Below are positions 16,466 through 28,589 of a stretch of DNA of 64,000 bases, in pieces. The notes beneath the pieces were generated by a model that saw nothing but the letters and a program-made list of their open reading frames with translations, was not told where the DNA came from and made no database searches. The stretch is from NCBI RefSeq assembly GCF_009914755.1, contig NC_060928.1; one strand, given 5' to 3'. A program made the position numbers and the translations under genes. Numbering within the stretch: the stretch's first letter is position 1; every line of letters begins with the position of its first letter. This stretch comes from the human T2T-CHM13v2.0 reference genome, Homo sapiens.

Positions 16466-16599
16466 AACTTGGCAGCAGTATAAAGTCACTCCTCCACTCA
16501 AGAAACACCAATGATTTTATATCTTATGCCACAATAAAAAGTAAAAAGACTCAAAAATAAAACAAAACTTAAGATTTATAGTTATCTGGCCATTTCTTG

Positions 16600-17040
16600 T
16601 TAGTTTAATCTTAATTTTCACCAGTCATCCACATGGGTCCCCATGCTACCACCCCATGTTCCTTAAAGTTCTTACAAGGGCCCAGTTCACTTTTGTCCCT
16701 TCCCTCACATTGTTTTCCTCACAGTAGTCTTCTGAAACGCATTTCCTGTCTCTCCTTCCCATAATCCCACTGTTACCCCATGTGCATATTAAACTCCCAG
16801 GCCATGTCTCTATAACCATACACAGTTTAATACAGTTGCAATCCAAGTTAGTGTTCATCATTTAGCTGCTATAGATAGTAGTTGGTGTCATGTAGCTTAC
16901 ATTTGTATTTCACCTAAAGTAAACCATTATCTATTAAGGTCAGGGACTACAAATTTATAATTTGATTTTTTACCTCAAAACACACTATGAAACTCATAGA
17001 GAGCTCTAAATAAATTCCTGTTGTTTAAATGAATAAATAA
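16600..17040 (+). mobile_element. L2 3' fragment
   Basis: AAGGTCAGGGACTAC...AAATAAATTCCTGTTGTTTAAATGAATAAATAA terminus; degenerate. Confidence 0.5.
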
Positions 17041-17669
17041 GAGTTCATTACAAATATAACAAAGTATTTTCACATGAATTTCCTAGACACTTCATATTGG
17101 TGTGAGCCACTTCAAAACAGTACAAAAGGGATTAAATACAAATATATCTTTTTAATACTTATTAAAATGTTAGACAATTCAGCTTTAGTAGGAGTTTAAT
17201 TATAAAATGAAACCAAGCAAAGCCTAAATACCTAATTCAAAAGATTTCTGTTCTATAGTGAAAGACAGATCAATAATGATAAATTGGATTTTTAGCCTTT
17301 GGGAATAAATGGGGAACCAAAAAGAAAAGCAAACCTTAGTAAAGTAATTCTGGTCTACCACTAGTGAGTGGACAAAATTATTTTACAATCAGTATTACAT
17401 TCTATTGGAATGAAAACAAGATATATTAAAACCTTAACATGATAAATAGATATTTGATATTATTTGTCCAATAATAATCCTTAACAGATATAAGCTTTTT
17501 TAGAACATCTATGTAACCAAATGTTTTTGAAAGAGGACCAATCCATTTGCTAAAGCCATAAAGTCATTTAGAACTACTGATAATAAACAGTGACAAACAG
17601 TGAAGGCGATGGTTTCGGAATACTTCACTTTCCTTTTCATTCCTTTTTCCCTCGCCTTTACACCAGCAA

Positions 17670-17840
17670 AGAAAAAGTCATCATAAAGCCAATGAAGCTA
17701 AAGCTCTAGGGCTACCTGCTTACACAGGCTTCGTCAAAGTCTATCTATTTATAAATAGCAAGTAAGATTTTTAAAATTCCTTTTCTTGAAGAGTGCCCTC
17801 CAAACTGTTTAAGCTTCAGGTCCCACAAACCTTAATTAGT
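17670..17840. mobile_element. hAT-Tip100-like MITE remnant; related sequence on the opposite strand at about 46520-46845
   Basis: AAGCCAATGAAGCTAAAGCTCTAGGG...AAGCTTCAGGTCCCACAAA resembles Tip100-class terminal sequence recalled from memory. Confidence 0.45.
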
Positions 17841-18589
17841 CGCATCCTTGACCTGAAGCATGCATGCCCTTGGAATCCAAGAAACTTAAAATTCCATTTG
17901 GCAAAATTTGCTGTTGTTGTTGTGGCTTTCTTAGGCTGTTGGTTTCCTAATTCGTTCATTCATTCATTCTTCATTCATCCACTCATTTATCCAAGGAACA
18001 GAGACTCATCTTTTGCAGGCAGAGATCATCGTTCTTACGGCTTTAGAGTGACTACAACTTCCTGTCTCTTGTTCTATGGCTTCTGCCACTAACAGGTAAA
18101 GGCATCACGCTTTCCTCTGGATAGCTTTTCTGTACTTTATGCCTTCCGTTTTTTTCTCATCTTTTGTTGTTCTCTCTATTGACCTGTGCATTTTTGCTAC
18201 AAGTAGTTACTTCATCCTATATCTGGTTTATGGTTCCCAAGATTGGTTTTGTTATATCTGTAGTTATTCCTTGTTGGGCAAAACTTTCAGAGTAGACTAC
18301 CAGCAGATTATTTGCAGGCCATAATAGGCTGCTCACTATAACATGCCCTGCCCTGGTCAAACAAATGGAAGAAACCAACAATCGATGCCTTCCATGAATC
18401 CACTTTTACTTTCTTTCTTTTTCTTCCTCACAGCATTATTATTTCACCTTCATAACCAGAAAAATATAATTCTATCCAGCATTATAATTAGTCAAATATT
18501 TCATGTTTTATTTATTTTTTCTCTATCCCCACAGGGCTTAGTGTTAATTGAAATAATATCATTATAATTAATTAAAATACAAATACAGC

Positions 18590-18790
18590 TACCATCATCT
18601 TACTATGTGTTTGGAACACAACTATTGTTTTCATGTGTCACTTCCCCTAATTCTCTCCAAACCCCTTGAGGTAGTTGTTACTCCATTAACCATTTCACAA
18701 ACGGGGAAAGTGAGACTCAGAGAGCTTAGGCAGGTTGCTCAGTTAATAAGCATGGTTGCTAGGATTTAATCTAGGAGGTCTAATTCTAGA
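18590..18790 (-). mobile_element. MIR SINE
   Basis: CATTTCACAAACGGGGAAAGTGAGACTCAGAGAGCTTAGG...GGATTTAATCTAGG. Confidence 0.7.
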
Positions 18791-18791
18791 G

Positions 18792-18975
18792 CAGCAACTT
18801 TCACTTGTGAACACTGGAATCACCTGAGGAGTCTTAAAAATCCAGGTCCCATCCCCAGAGTTTCTGATGGATAGAAGATGTAGCCTGGCCGGGGTTGCCG
18901 GGGGGGGGGGGGGGGGGGGGGCGCTGTTTTTCATCTTCCTCGGTGATTCTCCTATGTCCCAGGTCTACAGACCAA
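18792..18975. mobile_element. MER5A-like hAT-Charlie MITE containing a G22 run (18900-18921)
   Basis: GGAATCACCTGAGGAG...CCCATCCCCAGAGTTTCTGAT...GGTGATTCT. Confidence 0.6.
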
Positions 18976-19769
18976 GTTATTTACCATTAGGTAATAAAGA
19001 GTGAATGGACAATTGAATGCATTAATGCATGACCTCCCCATTCTCTATTTTTTAATAGATAGGTTCTGAGAGTTCCATTTAAATAAAAACATCAATAACA
19101 TCTAATTGGCCTCTCAGAAAATAATGAAACCCATTTTGTCAAAATTGATTTACCCTGACCAAACCTGTTGCCAAAGAGTTAATGCTCTTTCCCGGAGAGA
19201 GGCAGTGAACAGATTCCGTAAATGACCAGCTTAGTCTAACTCCCTTTTTCACGTGGACAGGGGCCGTGTTGGGGAAGCTGCAGAGCGCATCAAACTGAAG
19301 CTGTTTGAATGGGCCCCTAGGTCCATTTCTTTGTTTTATGTCCTCCAATTCCCTCAGCCTATTATCCTTAATGTGTCATCCCTACTTGTTTTGCCTCTAC
19401 TGGGGAGTGGGAGCCTCAGCGCTACAGGCAATTAGCACTCAGAGTAGGCAATGGGAGCTTCATTTTCTACCCTGCAGCCAAATTTTTTGTTAGTCACAGT
19501 CAAACCAAAGATACAGAATAAAGAACCTAGACAAAACTATAAATACTTACCAAGCACCAATTTGTTATGTGTTAGTCACTGAACTGACATTATAAAGTGA
19601 CTAAGAAATTCAAGGAGTTAATAACCTGGGGTGGGTGAGAGGAGGATAGGCATGTGGAACAAGATGAGTTGTGAATATTTAACTTGTGTGTGTGTGTTTG
19701 TGTGTCTATGCGTGATTCAGTCTGATCATGCTGAGGTTTGTGAACCACCACCTTATCAACTAGTTCTAC

Positions 19770-20249
19770 CTACTCCTTATAGAACTGAGGGGCTAACTAA
19801 ACAGGCATCCAGTCAGAGCATCTGTGACAATTAGAGTCCAATCCACAAACCCTGCAGCAAACGGTCCAGGAAGCCAAACTGCAAACTCTGCAGCAATCAG
19901 CCTAGAGCAGGTAGGTCTTGGCCAATAACAACCAGCGTCCCTGACTTTTGCCTTGCTTCCAACTCAGGATCAACCAAAGAAAATTAATTATGCTCCCCAA
20001 AGCAGTCATAGAAGATGCTCCACTTCTAGGTAACCTGCCCTCAGCTTCCCTGTGCCAACAACCTCCAATCAGGGCACTCCTGAAGCCTTCCCATTTTGCA
20101 TTATAAAACTTTCCCATTCCCGTGTCTGCCTTTGAGTCTTTGCCAAAATGCAAGTTGCAAGAGACAGTGGCTGACTCCCTTGCTGTAGCAAGTTCTGAAT
20201 AAATAACCTCTGTTTCTTCTCATTTAAATTGCCTTTGTTTATTTTTACA
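19770..20249 (+). mobile_element. MER31-like ERV1 solo LTR
   Basis: CCAGGAAGCCAAAC; CAACAACCTCCAATCAG; TATAAAA; GGCTGACTCCCTTGCTGTAGCAAGTTCTGAATAAATA; ends ACA. Confidence 0.75.
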
Positions 20250-21003
20250 GTGCAAGTGGGTGGTGGGGGGTGGTGGTGCGGATGCTGTTTTGAAATTTTA
20301 AGCTCACCCTCTCCAAGCAGGTGAACCTTCTCATATGTGTTTCCCTGAAATCTCCTTGCCTCCCCCTTAAGATGTGTGTAGGAAGGGGGAAGGCAGAATG
20401 ACAGAAAGAGGGAATGGCACCTGCATCAAATCCAGACAGATCAACCCAAGGAGACAGAGGCTTGACTTCTTGCCAGTGTTACAGTGGCATTTGAATAAGA
20501 ACCTAAGACCTTAGCCTCAACCTCTAAAGAGGAATGAAATCGTGAATTCAGTCACCATTATGTTTGAAATGACAGAAAAATCACGCCATCCATTGAGTTT
20601 CCTTAGATATGATGAGGTTTTTGAAACATCATATGCAATGAACATTCAAGCAGGAATCAAGTTCAGTTAGGGAGAAATACAATTATATTTTGTCATGGTT
20701 GAATACTCAGTGGTGCTAATTTGGGTTGCCTACTTTGGAAGTTTAGAGAGGACGATATGCACTGAGAAAGGGCGGAGCTCAGGGCCCAAATGGTGGAAGA
20801 GGTAGCATTTTGAGCTGACCAGGAAAGATGAGAATTTTGAGAAGTGGAACTTTAGCTTCCTCCAGGCTCCAGAGACATTGGTGCAAATGTCTTATTGAAA
20901 TTAAGCACATAAGTTTAATGTAATACAGAAGTCAGTGCAGTGGCTATACCCCTGTCCCTTTGCTGGTTGTCAGCTCAGTGGGTGGGTGGATGCTGTATTC
21001 ACT

Positions 21004-21093
21004 CAAATCTAGAAAGTTGTGAGTACACTGATGTCTGTGGGTTGGGTCACACCAACCCACAGACATCAGTGTACTCACAACTTTCTACATTTG
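21004..21093. repeat. Perfect inverted repeat: 36-bp arms with a 6-nt loop
   Basis: 21010-21045 TAGAAAGTTGTGAGTACACTGATGTCTGTGGGTTGG is the exact reverse complement of 21052-21087; loop GTCACA; after one C:C mismatch the stem extends 5 bp (CAAAT/ATTTG). Confidence 0.97.
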
Positions 21094-21830
21094 TTGCTGA
21101 GGTTCTTTTTAATTTCTACAATTATTCAACATGTGTCTGAATGCTAAAAATAACTAGCGTAACCAAACATAGAGAGAAACATTTTCTTGTTAAGGCTGAG
21201 TTTTTAAACAAACAAAAATAATGCCTTTCCCCACTGCCTAATGTACATTTTTAAATCATAGAAATTGGGTTCTTTGTTAAATTCACTGTCCCTCTTTCTC
21301 TCCAACATTGATATTAGTAAGACAGTTTTTTTTTTCTCCCTTCTAGAAGAATGTGGCAGAATGAGCACAAAGTAATTAGCAGGTTTAGTTAGAAGTTAGA
21401 AACTGAGAGGCAAATGAAATTAAAGTTGGGGTAAATTAATTAGTAAAAGGTGCTAGAGTTGTGTGTGCTCCTTAACTAAGTGTTGTCTTTCAATGTGTCA
21501 GCACTGACAACACTTTGTGAGGTTTAGAAACACAGAAGAGGAAAGGCTGACAACCAGGGAGCCAGAACGGGAAGGTGTTGAGCAGGGTGTGAGACTCCTG
21601 GGAAGGGAAGAATAGGAACCATCCCTGGGATTGTTCTAGCCTTCCCAATCCTTTCCTCTGAGGTTCAGCAGTGCAAGGGAGACCATCAGGTCAACGTGGG
21701 GGAGGGTACTTGGCCCATGTTTCTAGACATCGGGAAATCTGTGCTGAGGAGCCTTGGAGGCCAGTGTCCATTCATAAGAGCCTAAAGTCCTTACGAAGAA
21801 ACAAAAACAAAAACAAACAAAAGCTGGGCC

Positions 21831-22574
21831 TGTATATTAGTTTTCTAGGGCTGCCATAGCAAATATCACAGACTAGGGGGCTTAAACAACAGAGAAATCT
21901 GTTTTCTCAGTTCTGGAAGCTGTAAGTCCAAGATTAAGGTGCCAGTAGAGTGTTTTCTTCTGAGGTCTGTCTTCTCCCCGTGTCTTCACATGGTCTTCCC
22001 TCCCTGTTTTTCTGTGTCTGTATTAGTCTGTTCTCACACTGCTATAAAGAAATACTCCAGACTGGGTAATTTATAAAGGAAAGAGGTTTATTTGACTCAC
22101 AGTTCTGCATGGCTGGGGAAGCTTCAGGCAACTTATAATCATGGTGGAAGGTGAAGGAGAAACAAATGCACATCTTACGTGGTGACAGGTGAGAGTGAGT
22201 GTTTGTCAGCTCAGGAAAATCTACCATTTATAAAACCATCAGCTCTCATGAGAGTTCACTCACTATCACAAAAACAGAATGAGGGAAACCGCCCTCACAA
22301 TCCAATCGCTTCCCACCAGTTCTCTCCCTAAATACCTGGGGATTAAAATTCAAGATGAGATTTGGGTGGGGACACAAAGCCTAACCATATCAGTCCTAAT
22401 CTCTTCTTCCTGTGAAAACACCGGTCTTACTAAATTAAGGCCCACCTCAATGACTTCAATTAATCTTACATACAAGTTTGAAGAGTCCATCTCCAAATAC
22501 AGTCACATTTTGAGGCACTAGGGGTTAGAATTTCAACATGTAAATTCTGGGGAGGCACAATTCAGCCCATAACA
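21831..22574 (-). mobile_element. MLT1B/MLT1A-type MaLR LTR, interrupted by an MST/THE1 LTR
   Basis: TATTAGTTTTCTAGGGCTGCCATAGCAAA...GTCCAAGATTAAGGTG; resumes GTCCTAATCTCTTCTT...CCAAATACAGTCACATT...CACAATTCAGCCCATAACA. Confidence 0.8.
22019..22392 (-). mobile_element. MSTA/THE1D-type MaLR solo LTR nested in MLT1
   Basis: TGTATTAGTCTGTTCTCACACTGCTATAAAG...GAGATTTGGGTGGGGACACA...AACCATATCA. Confidence 0.88.
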
Positions 22575-23139
22575 GCTTGCTGAAGAATTCTGTAGAAAAG
22601 GAAGCTGAGTGTGTGACAGTTTGCCCCACTGTGTGCTTTAAAATGAACTAGCTTCTCGAAGAATACATAAGCCATCTTATTCTGGAATGGCATAAGTGCT
22701 TTCTTGTCCCCAATTCTCCAGCAAAACCGGCTGGGCAAGGCAGGAGACATTACAACTACCAAAGCTATTCCAATCCATACACAACCCCAGGTGACTCCTA
22801 CATGAAATCAGCCGGCCCTTTGCCCCACTGCTGTCCGGCCCCCTTATGCAGAAAAAGGAGTGCAAAGGCAAAGGGAGAAGGCATATAGGAGCTTTTACAC
22901 TTAGAAATTGCAGAGTAGTTATTTTTCATATGTATTAAATCCTGGTTTTCTTGGTTGATGGGCCATTATGATTAGAAATTTTACTTGATGGTATGAAAGC
23001 ATCTTGCTGTTTTCTTTGTTTAATTATTTGATGGTGAGTAATCACATATTCAAGCCTAAGTCACTCGTTACATATTTTAATAAGAATCTTTTGTCTTAGA
23101 AAGTAAAAGTGCTGACTGCATGCCTTCTCATTTGGAAGG

Positions 23140-23320
23140 CAGCATCTTGTAATGAAGTCAGCAAAGACAGAGAACATGTTTTATTAAAATACTACTTCTA
23201 ATTCCATCTGTGTGACCTTGAGCAAGTTACTTAACCTGTCGGAACTACATATTTCTCATTGGTAAAATACAATCATGTAAAGGAGAAGTAAGTGAGATAT
23301 TGCATACAAAACAACAAGCA
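23140..23320 (+). mobile_element. MIR SINE
   Basis: CTGTGTGACCTTGAGCAAGTTACTTAACCT...TTTCTCATTGGTAAAAT. Confidence 0.75.
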
Positions 23321-23700
23321 TATTGCCCAAAACATAACCTTTTGCTTATCTAGGTTAATTATGCAGGTAGATTCCCATGTTTCCAGTACGATGTCATGAA
23401 AATAAAAGGACCCCATGCAAGGATCCCAAAAGCCTGATTGTAAGTCCAATTTGATATTTTGTTCAATCACTTGGCCTCTGTCAGCTTCAGAATTTTGAAT
23501 GTTAAATTGGAGGCAATGGCCATCTTTTGAACTTGACACAATTTATCAAGAGGATGAAGTATGTAAAAGTATCAAAAATGAGTCACTGGCAGGCTCTGAT
23601 AATGAGTTAGGAGCATCTCCTTCATCATAAAGAGTTCATTTTTGGGGACAAAGTATTAACTCTTTGCAAATTACTGGAATGATTAGGTAAAATTTACTAA

Positions 23701-24130
23701 AAATTTCTCTTGTAGGAATCATTTCTCAGCCAAACAATGTAGCCTAAAGAAAGTGGGGCTAATTTTGCAGATCAAGTTTTTTTTTTTTTTAAGTGCGTAC
23801 ACATTTTGAAAATCAATATTTTCCCCCAGGTACTCAGGGTTAAATTGCTCTTGTAGGAATCATTTCTCAACCAAAACAATGTAGCCTAAAGAAAGTGGGG
23901 CTAATTTTTGCAGATCAAGCTTTTCTTTTTAAGTGCGTATACGTTTTGAAAATCAGTATTTTCCCCCAGTTATTCAGGGTTAAATTGTTCTTGTAGGAAT
24001 CATTTCTCAACCAAAACAATGTAGCCTAAAGAAAGTGGGGTTAATTTTTGCAGATCAAGTTTTTTTTTTTTTTTTTTTAAGTGCGTATACATTTTGAAAA
24101 TCAATATTTTCCCCCAGTTATTCAGGGTTA
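23701..24130. repeat. Tandem triplication of a 140-141-bp unique unit
   Basis: Units start at 23701, 23842 and 23982; each reads CTTGTAGGAATCATTTCTCA...AATGTAGCCTAAAGAAAGTGGGG...GCAGATCAAG(T)nAAGTGCGTA...TTTTCCCCCAG..CAGGGTTA. Confidence 0.95.
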
Positions 24131-24530
24131 TCTGATAATTCTTAGCCCAGTGGAAATGGAAATGGTACCTGCACTCCACATTTCCTAAGTTCTGAATTTG
24201 TTTGATATATGTTGTTCCACAGTCATTGTTTCCAGGTCCTACCCCTGCATCCAACAATAAACCTGGTATTCAAACAAAGCAGATGTCGAGAATGAGGATG
24301 AGGAAGTGAGGTGAGAAGGGCACACATGTGAAGAGGACATAGGGCATACCCTCTAGTACTTTCAACTTTAAGTTGATTCTAGGACATTAGGATGACAACT
24401 GAGTCTGGTACCTTGCTCCAGTTCTAGTTTCTACCTGAAGGACTCTAGAGATGGGGAAGTTTCTGTCAAAGAGTTTCTTCTCTGGACATTTTTTCCCCTT
24501 TAAGCTACTGGTTAAAAATTACTGTTGACT

Positions 24531-24980
<450 letters not shown>

Positions 24981-25042
24981 AAAATTATCTTTTTCTGAGT
25001 TAAAAGTCAACCATTTGTTTTTAAAGACATGGTGGAGCATGG

Positions 25043-25963
25043 CAATTTTCAAACTTTTTGATTTCAGAGCCTCTTTACGCTCTTAAAAACTGTTAAAGAC
25101 TGTAAAGAACTTTTGTTGATACCAGTTATATCTATCACTATTTACTATATTAAATGTTAAAACAGAAATTTAAAACAATAAACAATTTTAATTTATTAAA
25201 ATAATGATATAAAACCATTACATGCCAAAAATAACTGCTACAGAATAAATATTTGTATGCCCCTAAAATTCACACGTTGAAGCCCTAACCCCCAATGTGA
25301 TGATACTTGGAGGTTATTGGGTTGAGATAAGGTCATGTGGGTGGGGCCCTCGCAATGGGATTATTGCCCTTAAAGGAAGAGGAAGAGATACCAGAGTACT
25401 CTCTCTCCACTTTCATGTACCAAAGAAAGGCCGTGTGAATGTATAGCAAGCATGTGGCTGTCTCCGAGCCAAGAAGATGGCCAACACCAGAACATAACCA
25501 CGCTGGCACCCTGTGCTCAGACTTCCAGCTTCCAGAACTGTGAGAAAATAAATGTCCGTTGCTTAGGTCACCCAGTCTGTAGTATTTTGTTACAGTAGCC
25601 CAAGCTAAGACAATAACATATTTTGTAAAAAAACAAAAAAACAACAAAAAAAAAACAACAAAAAAAACCTATATTTTCTTTAAAAATCATGAGAAGGACA
25701 CTGTTTTACATTTTTAAAAATATATATATTTTTTGTTCTGGTTTAACAGAATAGTTGTATTTTCATGGCTGCTCCTTTATTCAACTTGTGGTATCAACGT
25801 CATACAGTGTTTGGAAAGTCCCACTATACATTTATGAGAGAATGAGAAAGAAAAAGGCAAATCATGTATTAATATTATTATGAAAATAGTTTTGTCTTCA
25901 TGGATCCCCTGATGGTGTCTCAGAGATCCCTGGGGGTCCCTGGACTACGTTTTGAGAACTGAT
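25043..25963. mobile_element. MER119 (hAT-Charlie) element interrupted by a MaLR LTR
   Basis: TCAAACTTTTTG...CTTTACGCTCTTAAAAA start; GAGAGAATGAGAAAGAAAAAGGCAAAT...GGGGGTCCCTGGAC...TTTGAGAACTG end. Confidence 0.75.
25236..25612 (+). mobile_element. MLT1A/MSTD-type solo LTR with an intact 5-bp TSD
   Basis: TG...CA termini; TSD ATAAC at 25231-25235 and 25613-25617; TTCCAGAACTGTGAGAAAATAAATG. Confidence 0.88.
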
Positions 25964-26725
25964 GGTATAGTGGGAAAAGTGCCTCTCTGCTAAACTGAGT
26001 TTTGATCTGTGATCTTGAGAAATTTTTTCATCTCTCTCAACCTCTGCTTCTTCCATCTGAAAATGAGTCGTTTGTCTTACAAAATGGGCAGAATCTTTCC
26101 CATCTGTGACCTTCCTTGCTCTGTCTGCCCTCTTTCCTTCTTGAGTTGGCCATTTAGTATTTTAATGGAATGGACTTAGTTTTCTTTTTCTTCTTCTTTT
26201 GCTCTCCACATTATCCCCATATTCCTGGATCTGGCACTAATCAGGGCTAGCATAAAAGAAGGGGGGTCTTTGTGATATTTGAAGCTTAAAAAGGTACAGA
26301 CTCCTAGCAAAAAAGTCCAGGGCTAGTCTATGCAGCCTCACCTTGACAGTGCAGCTGACATAGTATTGACAACAGATACCTGACCCCAGAATGGACAGGT
26401 AAGGGCAGCTTTCTTTTTATTTATTTTTCCTCTCCCTCAAGAGCATGATCTCATCTACATGATCTCAACTCCATTCAGCTACATCCTGAAAAACTGTGAT
26501 GACTGACAAAAGGAACCGAAGTGGGACTTTGATATGGGCAAATAAGAAGCAAAGTAGTTTAGAAATATCCAAGACAAATAGAATTCCCCGGTGAAGTCAG
26601 CCCCACTTGGAGACAGTGGCTTCATAAGTCCTGAATGATGCCTCTGCCCCTACCTTTTGCTCCAGAGAAGCCTCCCCAGTCTGAACTCTTTGCTATTGAG
26701 AAGCCAGCGTGACTAGATGAATAAG

Positions 26726-27244
26726 CAGTGGTTCTCGGACTTGAATGTGCATCAGAATCAGCAGGAGGGCTTTTTTTATTTTATTTTGTCTTATTTTATT
26801 TTATTTTATTTTATTTTATTTTATTTTATTTTATTGTGAGACAGAGTCTTGCCCTGTCACCTAGGCTGGAGTGCAATGGTGCCATCTCAGCTCACAGCAA
26901 CCTCCGCCTCAGGGTTCAAATGATTCTCCTGCCTCAGCCTCCTGAGTAGCAGGGATTAGAGGTGCCCGCCACCATGCCCAGTTAATTTTTGTATTTTTAG
27001 TAGAGACGGGGTTTCACCATGTTGGCCAGGCTGGTCTTGAACTCCTGACCTCGTGATCTGCCCACCTCGGCCTTCCAAAGTGTTGGGATTCCAGGTGTGA
27101 GCCAACGCGCCTGGCCCATCAGGGCTTTATTAACACAGATTTCAGGGCCCATTTCCACAGCTTCTAATTCATCAGGTCTGGGGTAGAGTTAGAGCAATTG
27201 CATTTCCAACAAGTTCTCAGGTGACCGCACGTTGGGAACCAGTG
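26726..27244. mobile_element. MER5A split by an Alu
   Basis: CAGTGGTTCTC...GCATCAGAATCA...AGGGCTT, then Alu, then AGGGCTTTATTAACACAGAT...TGCATTTCCAACAAGTTCTCAGGTGA...GAACCAGTG. Confidence 0.8.
26771..27116 (-). mobile_element. AluS (Sg-like) with (TTTTA)n tail
   Basis: Reverse Alu ending CTGGCC at 27116; TGACCTCGTGATC variant; AGGGCTTT on both flanks. Confidence 0.93.
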
Positions 27245-27929
27245 CAACACAGTAAATTATAGATGATTTGAGCTAAAGGATGGCAATGAGACTTTTGGAC
27301 TCTGAATGTCTCTGTAATCTGTTTACAAAACAACCATACTACCAGGCCTCCAACATAATAGTTTGTTCCATTCTAACCTCTTATGATTAAGGGTGAAGTA
27401 AAAAGGGTCACATCACTCACTATATTTTTAGAGTAGTTATTCTAAGAGGAGATTCTATAAGGAGCACACTATAACCTTTTTATAAAGCTTATTTTCTATT
27501 TTATGTTCTCCTGCTTGGGGTGGGAGGGACTTCTAGAGGGATGGCAGGGGTTACTATATGGTTAAAGCCTTAATTTGAACAATTTCTTTTTAGTCGTTAC
27601 AGTGCAGATGTAAAGTATTAGCAGTGAACATGGGGCTTGAGTTCATGATTGAGACAGGGTATAAATACCCTGCAATTATCTTAGGCAGACTGAGCCTGTA
27701 ATCTTTCCAGTCTGGGTTTAGCTTCATTTTTCCATGACCTTTTACCAAGTATAAACACAACGTCAAAGATTCTAATGGTTGAAATAAATGCAGTCTATTA
27801 TGTTATACAAATTAAGATCAGTGTTTGGAAGTCCAGGGCTGAAATCAGAAGATTTTGTGGAGACCATTACGGCCATCTGGTAAGTTCTCCCTGGCCTTAT
27901 AGGGCCAAGAGATGAGAAGATAATAAATC

Positions 27930-28150
27930 AGTTAAGCACTTGGCATTGTGTTTGTTTCACATACAGTATCTCATCCAATCCTGGTGATTTCTTTTGGTAG
28001 TGAGAGCGACTACAAATAGAATCCCTATTCAACATACAGGAAAAGAGAGGCTCTGAGAAATCAAACTATTTGTTTCAAGGCAGCCCAACTCAAACAGAAC
28101 TCAGATTTGAGCCATTGTGTATCTGACTCTAACTCCCACAGCTCTCAGGA
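27930..28150 (-). mobile_element. MIR SINE
   Basis: GGAAAAGAGAGGCTCTGAGAAATCAA...AGATTTGAGCC...TCTGACTCTAA. Confidence 0.6.
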
Positions 28151-28589
28151 AACACAAAATTCAACTTTTTGACAATGAATATTTATCAATATCAACTTTG
28201 TTGAGAGAAGAGAAATAGCAAAAAAAAAAAAAAAGAAAAGAAAAAAGGTTTTTGTCTCTTGGTATTTCCAATTTAGTGAAGAGAAATAAGAGTGTTTCTG
28301 GAAGGGATCAAGTTCACCTTCTCATTTTACTCATGAGAAAACCAAGGTCCAGAGAAATCAAATGGTTTCTTTGTAGACAAAAAGCAAGTAGCAAGGGTGT
28401 CTTGATACCTTTAAATCTACAGAGAAATGCTGAACAATTCTTTCTAATGAAAAATTTGCTTATTTAAAGAATTCTTTTTGCTTTCTTGCCAAAGCAAACC
28501 TTCCAGGTAGAAAGAAGACTGGTATCTAGGCTTTTACATGGGCTCTCTGTCAAGGTCAGGCATGAATAGCAAGTCCTAAATTCTCACCT

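Noticed and set aside
18019-18095. Possible 77-nt plus-strand exon (TTTTGCAG|...CAG|GTAAAG) and the donor CAG|GTAAGG at 26398
   Set aside because: Sites of this strength are expected by chance in 64 kb and have no other support.
19017-19030. 14-bp palindrome ATGCATTAATGCAT
   Set aside because: Short and AT-rich; compatible with chance.
23701-24130. CRISPR-like array
   Set aside because: The units are contiguous 141-bp copies with no unique spacers, in eukaryotic DNA without cas genes.
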